Below, one piece after another: positions 57,924 to 64,000 of a DNA stretch of 64,000 nucleotides. Below the pieces are notes generated by a model, which had not been told where the DNA came from, made no database searches, and saw only the letters and a program-made list of their open reading frames with translations. Each line of letters starts with the position of its first letter. The stretch's first letter is position 1. Source of the stretch: an uncultured Candidatus Saccharibacteria bacterium (lineage in GTDB: Bacteria; Patescibacteriota; Minisyncoccia; UBA6257; 1-14-0-10-44-23); the NCBI GenBank assembly GCA_964641225.1, contig CAZXKC010000002.1:52893-116892 (forward strand), read 5' to 3'. The translations under genes and the position numbers were made by a program.

Positions 57924-59225
57924 ATGGCAGAACAATCAAAAAAAGCGCTGTTGCGCGTCATTGAGTGGTTGGCGAAAAAAACAGTGGCGCGCTTTAAGCC
58001 TGTTGTAATAGGAGTAACCGGCAGCGTCGGGAAAACCTCGACCGTAGAGGCGATCGCTACTGTGTTAGCTAACAAGAGGCGTATTCGTGCTAGTCATACA
58101 GATTTCAGCGGTGAATACGCGATTCCGCTTGCTGTGCTTGGGGCCTGGCCAGAGGAGGATCTTCAATTAGTTGATCCATGGACTGCTTCGGGCCTCTCGT
58201 CGGGAAAGAGAACGCGTTTTTTGCTGCGCGTTATTATCGTAAGTTTTTTTAAATATATATGCGGGATCAAAAAAATGTACCCCGAGGTATTAGTGTTTGA
58301 ATATGCTTCGCAAAAGCCGGGCGATCTTGCCGCTCAACTGGATATTGTCAGACCAAACATTAGCGTAGTAACGGCTGTTGGAGATGCGCCGGCACACGTT
58401 GAGTCATATGTCTCAGCTGAGGCCGTTGCAAAAGAGAAGGCGCGCCTTGTCGAGTCCTTGCCCGCAAGTGGACTTGCGGTGCTGTGTGGTGATGAATTGC
58501 GCGTCAGCGTGATGGCTCAAAAAACACGCGCAACCGCACTGACATTTGGCTTTGCTGAAAGTTGCGATGTGCGCATTATTGATTTTGAAAACAAGATTGA
58601 GTCGCGCGACGGCCTCCTGAAACCGATCGGCATAACCTTTAAGCTTGGTTATGATGGAGCATTTGTTCCTGTGCGTATTAGCGGTAGTCTTGGATCTCCT
58701 GCCTCCTACGCCGCTGCAGCGGCCGCCTGTGTTGGCTTGGCATTTAATTTAAATCTAGTCGATGTATCGCAGGCGCTCGCATATTACAAACCGCCGGCCT
58801 CACGCATGCAGTTTTTACGCGGTATTCATAATTCTGTGCTTATCGATGACTCCTATGATGCCTCGCCGCTCTCTATGCGTATGGCCATAGAGACGGTCAA
58901 AGAAATTAAAGCAAAGCGGACTATAGCCGTACTCGGCGATATGCGTGAGCTTGGAGAATTTTCACTGCCGGCGCATAAAGAAATTGCCGCATTTGCAGCA
59001 AAAATATTCGATGTGATTGTTGCCGTTGGCCCGCAGGCAACTCAGTTTGCTGAAGCTGCGGTTAAGGCGCGCATACCCAAAAAGAATATTTTTTATGTTA
59101 TTCATGTTGAAGATGCGCTTACGCAACTTCCCGGTCTTATCCAGGCAGGAGATGTAGTGCTTATTAAGGGTGATCGCGCGATGCAACTTGAGAAAGCAGT
59201 TCAGGCGCTGACTCCTAAGATTTAG
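57924..59225 (+). CDS. murF: MurF-like Mur ligase (divergent motifs)
   Basis: GVTGSVGKTST, IDDSYDASP, VLGDMRELG. Confidence 0.82.
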   Translation: MAEQSKKALLRVIEWLAKKTVARFKPVVIGVTGSVGKTSTVEAIATVLANKRRIRASHTDFSGEYAIPLAVLGAWPEEDLQLVDPWTASGLSSGKRTRFLLRVIIVSFFKYICGIKKMYPEVLVFEYASQKPGDLAAQLDIVRPNISVVTAVGDAPAHVESYVSAEAVAKEKARLVESLPASGLAVLCGDELRVSVMAQKTRATALTFGFAESCDVRIIDFENKIESRDGLLKPIGITFKLGYDGAFVPVRISGSLGSPASYAAAAAACVGLAFNLNLVDVSQALAYYKPPASRMQFLRGIHNSVLIDDSYDASPLSMRMAIETVKEIKAKRTIAVLGDMRELGEFSLPAHKEIAAFAAKIFDVIVAVGPQATQFAEAAVKARIPKKNIFYVIHVEDALTQLPGLIQAGDVVLIKGDRAMQLEKAVQALTPKI

Positions 59226-59282
59226 GAAGAAAATAGCTTAGCTTGTCTAAAACAGGTAAATTTTGTATTATCTAAGCGTTCT

Positions 59283-59355
59283 GCTCTCATCTTCTAATGG
59301 CTTAGGAAGCGCCCCTCTCACGGGCGAAATCCGGGTTCGATTCCCGGTGAGAGCG
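59283..59355 (+). tRNA. tRNA-Glu (CTC)
   Basis: cgccc-ct-CTC-ac-gggcg; acceptor gctctca/tgagagc. Confidence 0.94.
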
Positions 59356-59363
59356 CACTGGTT

Positions 59364-59645
59364 TTAAAAAAGGATATAGCTGCTTCCGTTGTCGCTTGAT
59401 ACCGGTATAAGCAAACGTACAACCAAAACAGGTACGACGACTAGTAACGCGAGTAAAAATATTTTTGCATTTGATGCTTGTTGTGCACAGAGTTTTTTGG
59501 CGATAATTGAGCCGGCGATGCTCGTATATAGAAGTGAGATGGGCAAAAAAATGAAGCTTTCCCAGCCACCGAAATACACGCCAATAACAATTGTAAGAAT
59601 GATTGCCGGCGTTAATAGGGTGACGTAGTAATGTTCTGCTTTCAT
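59364..59645 (-). CDS. Small 3-TM protein
   Basis: Three hydrophobic segments. Confidence 0.55.
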   Translation of the reverse strand: MKAEHYYVTLLTPAIILTIVIGVYFGGWESFIFLPISLLYTSIAGSIIAKKLCAQQASNAKIFLLALLVVVPVLVVRLLIPVSSDNGSSYILF

Positions 59646-59682
59646 TATTTGAATGATACCACGAAGGTGGTATGCTTTAATT

Positions 59683-60657
59683 ATGCGATCAAAATCAAAG
59701 TTTTTACACTATCTCGTGTTTTTGTTAGTTGTTTCTGCGGGCGCACTGATTTATTTTCTACATATCTTCTACCCGCATATGTTTGGGCGGCCATCTGCTA
59801 TGCCTGCAGAGCCTGTGAGCATAACTCAAGATTTAGATGCTGTTACGGAATCCGATTTTAAGCCGGTTGCATCTGAAGCGAGTATTTTTGAGAAAGGTAT
59901 ATATGCCGACACGCGAGCTACGGGCTTGACGTTTATGGCCCCAGAAACCTGGAGGCTCGCCGCAACCGAGCAGCGGAGCCGCTTTGAAACACGATCAAGC
60001 CTGCAATCGCCAGACTTTAATCAAATTATTCATGAAGATAGCGATTTTGCGTATGCTGAACTAAAATCCGGAGCTGAAATTACCGTCTCAACGTTTTGGC
60101 TGCCGGGTAGTCAGACTATTGCTGACATTCAAAAATTTAATAGTCTTGGGCGCGATACCGGACCTGTCCTTACTAACGAACAGGTGGTGAGGATTCAAGG
60201 TAAAGATGCGTTGCTGTATGACGGGACGAGTTCGAGTGATAGTTCACTTTGGCACCGCCTCGATATTTTGAATGTATTGCAACAGGGGCCGACTACGACC
60301 ATCAGTTTAGTAGCTACAATTCAGATTCATTACAAAACAGGCGATGGCAAGGCGGTATTTAATACTATTCTTGATACGCTTATTATCAATAATCACTACG
60401 CCGAATGGACAAGGCGAGATGGTACAGTATATTTCCGAGGGGTAGCACTATCACATCTAGACGCAGCTACGTTTGCGATTAATGATCCGGGGTATTACGG
60501 TGAATGTGGTAGCGGGCCGTCTGTTCGCGATAAGAATGGGTACTATATTCCGAAGGATTTTTATCTATACAATTTTAATGATCCGTCCAAATATATATTC
60601 GAACGTGTGACTGAGCAGCAGTTGAAGCAATTTTATGCAGTTGAAGGGTGCGGTTAA
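59683..60657 (+). CDS. Membrane-anchored exported protein (PsbP-like core, DKNYY-like tail)
   Basis: N-terminal TM; FMAPETW; LDAATF...RDKNGYY. Confidence 0.6.
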   Translation: MRSKSKFLHYLVFLLVVSAGALIYFLHIFYPHMFGRPSAMPAEPVSITQDLDAVTESDFKPVASEASIFEKGIYADTRATGLTFMAPETWRLAATEQRSRFETRSSLQSPDFNQIIHEDSDFAYAELKSGAEITVSTFWLPGSQTIADIQKFNSLGRDTGPVLTNEQVVRIQGKDALLYDGTSSSDSSLWHRLDILNVLQQGPTTTISLVATIQIHYKTGDGKAVFNTILDTLIINNHYAEWTRRDGTVYFRGVALSHLDAATFAINDPGYYGECGSGPSVRDKNGYYIPKDFYLYNFNDPSKYIFERVTEQQLKQFYAVEGCG

Positions 60658-60661
60658 AATT

Positions 60662-61249
60662 ATGCCCAAAGCAATTATCTTTGATGCAGATGGAGTCTTG
60701 ATAAACGCTGAAAGATTTAGTGCGCAATATCAGCGCGATTTTGGCGTTCCTAACGAAGTAATGCTGCCCTTTTTCCTTGGACCGATGCAGGAGTGTCTGG
60801 TTGGTAAAAAAGATTTAAAACAGGAGATAATGGGCCATCTCAAAGAATGGAAGTGGGAAAAATCAGTAGACGAATTTTTACAGTATTGGTTTAAGGCTGA
60901 GCACAAGCTTAACCAGCCGCTTTTCGATTACATCCAAGGATTAAAGAAGCGTGGCATTATTTGCTGCCTTGGAACAAATAATGAAAAGTATCGGACGCAG
61001 TATATGCTGAATGAAATGGGTTTCAGTAATATTTTTGATAAAGAGCATATATTCTCATCGGCAAACGTTGGGCACAAAAAACCCTCGCAGGATTTTTATG
61101 CTCATGCATGTAATGTATTGAAGTTAAATCCTAGTGAGGTTGATTTCTGGGACGATGATCCAAAGAATATTGAGGGTGCAAAAATGTACGGGTTAAAGGC
61201 CCGTTTATATACCTCATTAGAAGAATTTAAGAAGTGCTATGAGCAATAG
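60662..61249 (+). CDS. HAD-family hydrolase
   Basis: IIFDADGVL, TNN, KKPS, FWDD. Confidence 0.9.
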   Translation: MPKAIIFDADGVLINAERFSAQYQRDFGVPNEVMLPFFLGPMQECLVGKKDLKQEIMGHLKEWKWEKSVDEFLQYWFKAEHKLNQPLFDYIQGLKKRGIICCLGTNNEKYRTQYMLNEMGFSNIFDKEHIFSSANVGHKKPSQDFYAHACNVLKLNPSEVDFWDDDPKNIEGAKMYGLKARLYTSLEEFKKCYEQ

Positions 61250-61670
61250 GATCCAATTCACCGTTGCTGTTGATTTATTCGTCGTCCGAGACGGAAAGTT
61301 GTTGCTGGGCAAGCGGCAAAATACCTTTGGCGCAGGCTTTTGGGGATTGCCCGGCGGGCATTTGGAAAAAGATGAAACGATTGAACAGGCAGCATTACGA
61401 GAATTAAAAGAGGAGACCGGGCTTACGGCTGCTTCTGCGCAATTTGCCGCTGTGTTTAACAATAACAATAGGGAGGAACCCTATATCCACTTTGGACTAA
61501 TTGCAGTTGGTGTTTCAGGGGAGCCAAAAGTCATGGAGCCAAATAAATTTACAGCCTGGGAGTGGTTTGATTTGAAAGATTTACCAAATAAAGATATTCT
61601 GTGGGTTCACACGCCGCTTATCAAAGCGTTCAAGAAAAAAATCCCGCTCATTGATCATGAAGTTAATTAA
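61239..61670 (+). CDS. NUDIX hydrolase
   Basis: GGHLEKDETIEQAALRELKEETGL. Confidence 0.93.
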   Translation: MSNRIQFTVAVDLFVVRDGKLLLGKRQNTFGAGFWGLPGGHLEKDETIEQAALRELKEETGLTAASAQFAAVFNNNNREEPYIHFGLIAVGVSGEPKVMEPNKFTAWEWFDLKDLPNKDILWVHTPLIKAFKKKIPLIDHEVN

Positions 61671-61977
61671 TATTTTATTTCTTATCGCAGTTGTTGTGCT
61701 CGGGGTCGCCGGAGCCTATGCGTATTTTCATTTGTCGCCAACAAACGAGTTGATTTTGCATTTTACGCAGGCCGGCCAGCCGGATTATACCGGGTCGCAG
61801 GTAGACGTAATCGGTGCCGTGGTAACTGGGGGAGTCGTGTTGCTGCTCAATTATTTGCTCGCGCGTTCGCTGTCAAAAAGAGAGGGATTTTTCGCTCTTG
61901 GGCTTAGTATCACTGGCTTAATGGTCGCCCTCTTGCTTTTTGTAGCCGTATTTGTTATTGTAGTCAACAACCAATAA
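61657..61977 (+). CDS. Small 3-TM protein (DUF1648-like)
   Basis: LILHF...G.PD..G motif. Confidence 0.6.
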   Translation: MKLINILFLIAVVVLGVAGAYAYFHLSPTNELILHFTQAGQPDYTGSQVDVIGAVVTGGVVLLLNYLLARSLSKREGFFALGLSITGLMVALLLFVAVFVIVVNNQ

Positions 61978-62004
61978 AAGTCCTTTGAGGCATTTTTTAT
62001 TTAT

Positions 62005-62313
62005 ATGTTCGCAGTAATTCACACAGGAGGAAAGCAATATCGCGTGCAGCCGGGTGACAAGCTCAAAATTGAGAAACTGCCAGGCGTAGCAGGTGACACA
62101 GTAACCTTTGACCAGGTATTTTTGACCGTTGATGGTGAGGCTATGAAGCTCGGTACTCCGGTTGTTGCCGGTGCAGCCGTTTCAGCCAAGATCGTTCAGC
62201 AGGGTCGTCACGATAAAGTGATCGTCTTCAAGTACAAGAGCAAGACCCGCCGCCGCACAAAGAACACTCACCGTCAGCCGTTTACGGAGGTGGAGATTAC
62301 GGGGATCAAATAG
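62005..62313 (+). CDS. rplU: 50S ribosomal protein L21
   Basis: MFAVIHTGGKQYRV, HRQPFT. Confidence 0.97.
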   Translation: MFAVIHTGGKQYRVQPGDKLKIEKLPGVAGDTVTFDQVFLTVDGEAMKLGTPVVAGAAVSAKIVQQGRHDKVIVFKYKSKTRRRTKNTHRQPFTEVEITGIK

Positions 62314-62426
62314 TTTTTACAAAAATCGCCTTCGGGCGATTTTTGGTTGACGAACTACAATTTTTTGCGTATGAATAGTGGTGCGGTGTGTAGCCGCAAC
62401 ATCTTCATAAACAAACGAGGTGTCCA

Positions 62427-63446
62427 GTGACTAGGATCCGTGGCGTGGACTTCGGGCCGGTCTGGGGCGCTTCGGGCGTCCAGAAGTTCTTCGGTGACTC
62501 GTGGCCGCATCATGAGCGCTTCAAGAGGTGGTTCCCCAAGGGCTTTGACATGACGGGCATGACTTTTGTCGCCAAGACCATGACGACAAAGGCGCTCAAG
62601 GGAAACATGCCCAGTGACGACCAGGACAATCCTTACGAGGCAAGGCCCCGGTGCGTCGTCGTCAACCCGCTCTCATTTCTTCGCGGAGTGGCGCTTAACG
62701 CTGTCGGTCTGACAAACCGCGGCGCGCGAGCCCTGTTCGCAGATGGGCGGTGGCATGAGCGGACCGAGCCCTTCTTCATTTCGTTTGCCCCACAGGGCAA
62801 GACGCTGTCGGCGAAGATCGAAGACGCCAGGGAGTTCATTCGTATCTGTCAGTTCTGCCTTCCGTTCCATGTTCCGGCCGGTCTTCAGCTCAACCTCTCT
62901 TGTCCCAACACCGGAGAGAATGTCAGCGACAGCGGACCGCTGGTGAATGAGGCGCTCGCTCTTCTGGACGAGTTCAAGGTTCTTTCGGTTCATCTGCGGA
63001 TCGTCGTGAAGATCAACGTCCTGATGCCTGCAGAGGCGGCGAGGCGAATCTCGCTGCACATTGCTTGTGACGGGCTTTGCATTTCCAACACGATTCCGTG
63101 GGAGGCATTGCCAAGTCTTGGTATCAATCGGTTCCTGCTGTTCGGAACAACAACTTCTCCGCTGCGCAAGCGGGGATTTGAACAGAGCGGTGGACTTTCC
63201 GGAAAACCGCTTCTCCCTCTAGTAGAACGTTGGGTGCGTCATGCGCGCAGCGTCGGCGTCCTCAAACACATCAACGCTGGAGGCGGCATCCTGTCGCCAA
63301 GTGATGTCTACCGCCTCAAGGATGCGGGAGCCGATAGCGTTTCGCTCGGAGTCATCACCATGCTCCGTCCCTGGCGTGTACAGGAAACAATTCGCGCCGC
63401 GCATCAAGTGTTTGATGGCAGTTGTTGGTGTCCCGGTCCGCACTAG
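62427..63446 (+). CDS. Dihydroorotate dehydrogenase-like flavoprotein
   Basis: ASG, KT, LNAVGLTN, LNLSCPN, ISNT, GGLSGKPL, GGGI. Confidence 0.8.
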   Translation: MTRIRGVDFGPVWGASGVQKFFGDSWPHHERFKRWFPKGFDMTGMTFVAKTMTTKALKGNMPSDDQDNPYEARPRCVVVNPLSFLRGVALNAVGLTNRGARALFADGRWHERTEPFFISFAPQGKTLSAKIEDAREFIRICQFCLPFHVPAGLQLNLSCPNTGENVSDSGPLVNEALALLDEFKVLSVHLRIVVKINVLMPAEAARRISLHIACDGLCISNTIPWEALPSLGINRFLLFGTTTSPLRKRGFEQSGGLSGKPLLPLVERWVRHARSVGVLKHINAGGGILSPSDVYRLKDAGADSVSLGVITMLRPWRVQETIRAAHQVFDGSCWCPGPH

Positions 63447-63513
63447 CTCAAGTCAAGACCCGTCTGACGGTCTCTCAAGGAGAGGCTCGTCGCAAGGCGG
63501 GTCTCTCTCTATT

Positions 63514-64000
63514 TTAGTTTCGATTCTTTAGTGCAGCGCTTAGCGTGTCTTCATCCGCGAATTCAATTTCTCCACCTGTCGGAATACCGCGGGCGAGGCG
63601 GGTGATTTTTTCAGAAACTCCTTTGAGCTGTCCGGCGACTACTTCGGCGTTGAGGTCGCCATAGGTTGTTGGCGAAAAGCCGATGATAACCTCCTTAAGT
63701 AACGTACTATCTTTTAACACTGCAAGTCGGCGTTTGTGATCCGCAGTTAAAATGCCATCTTTGGGTAGATCGCCGAGTACGAGGTAGCGGCCCTTGAAGG
63801 CTTTTGTTTTTTCAATCGTAAGCACATCAGTTTCTTTTTCAACGATCGCAACGATTGTTTGATCGCGGCGCGGGTTGGTACAGATCGTGCACTTTCCTGA
63901 TTCGAGCGTATCAATTCTAAAACACTGCGTGCAGCGTTTTAGAATTGCCATCTCAGCAATTGTTTTTGCCAGTTCCTGCGCCTCAACCGCAGGCATCCCG
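63514..64000 (-). CDS. recR: Recombination mediator RecR (5' end outside the window)
   Basis: CxxC...CxxC, Toprim, ITRLARGIPTGGEIEFAD. Confidence 0.93.
   Translation of the reverse strand, partial: GMPAVEAQELAKTIAEMAILKRCTQCFRIDTLESGKCTICTNPRRDQTIVAIVEKETDVLTIEKTKAFKGRYLVLGDLPKDGILTADHKRRLAVLKDSTLLKEVIIGFSPTTYGDLNAEVVAGQLKGVSEKITRLARGIPTGGEIEFADEDTLSAALKNRN

Noticed and set aside
1-64000. CRISPR array, integron attC array or DGR
   Set aside because: No regularly spaced repeats, cas genes, IntI-type integrase or reverse transcriptase seen; the repeats are dispersed.
1-64000. Genetic code 25 (TGA as Gly)
   Set aside because: Core genes are full length in code 11, and rnc and gyrA end in TGA.

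Overview
Chromosomal window from a bacterium using genetic code 11, most likely Patescibacteria (CPR, Parcubacteria-like). The support for this is gene content and order: rpmF-nusB-rnc-short smc-rpsP-KH-trmD, mraZ-rsmH-ftsL-ftsI-murF, a tandem array of TrbC/VirB2-like pilins, and housekeeping genes mostly without Shine-Dalgarno (SD) sites. Other core genes are gyrA, thrS, dnaE, rny, gpmI, rmuC, xerC/D, hup, rplJ/L/U and recR, plus five tRNAs, including Arg-GCG. There is no CRISPR array, rRNA or transposase. The most interesting signal is a set of very small mobile or structured elements. (1) A 308-bp unit with 19-bp terminal inverted repeats (TIRs) and a 6-bp target-site duplication (TSD) carries only a GIY-YIG nuclease and rebuilds the last codons of rny. 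(2) Two families of structured repeats each have one copy that supplies the start codon of a host gene. (3) Palindromes lie in frame inside rsmH, the KH gene and smc. (4) Two decayed islands sit at tRNA 3' ends. (5) GC-rich orphan cassettes recur, each with a promoter, a boxA-like motif, an SD site and a terminator. Three single-base frameshifts look like sequencing errors. All family assignments come from reading motifs by eye, not from database searches.
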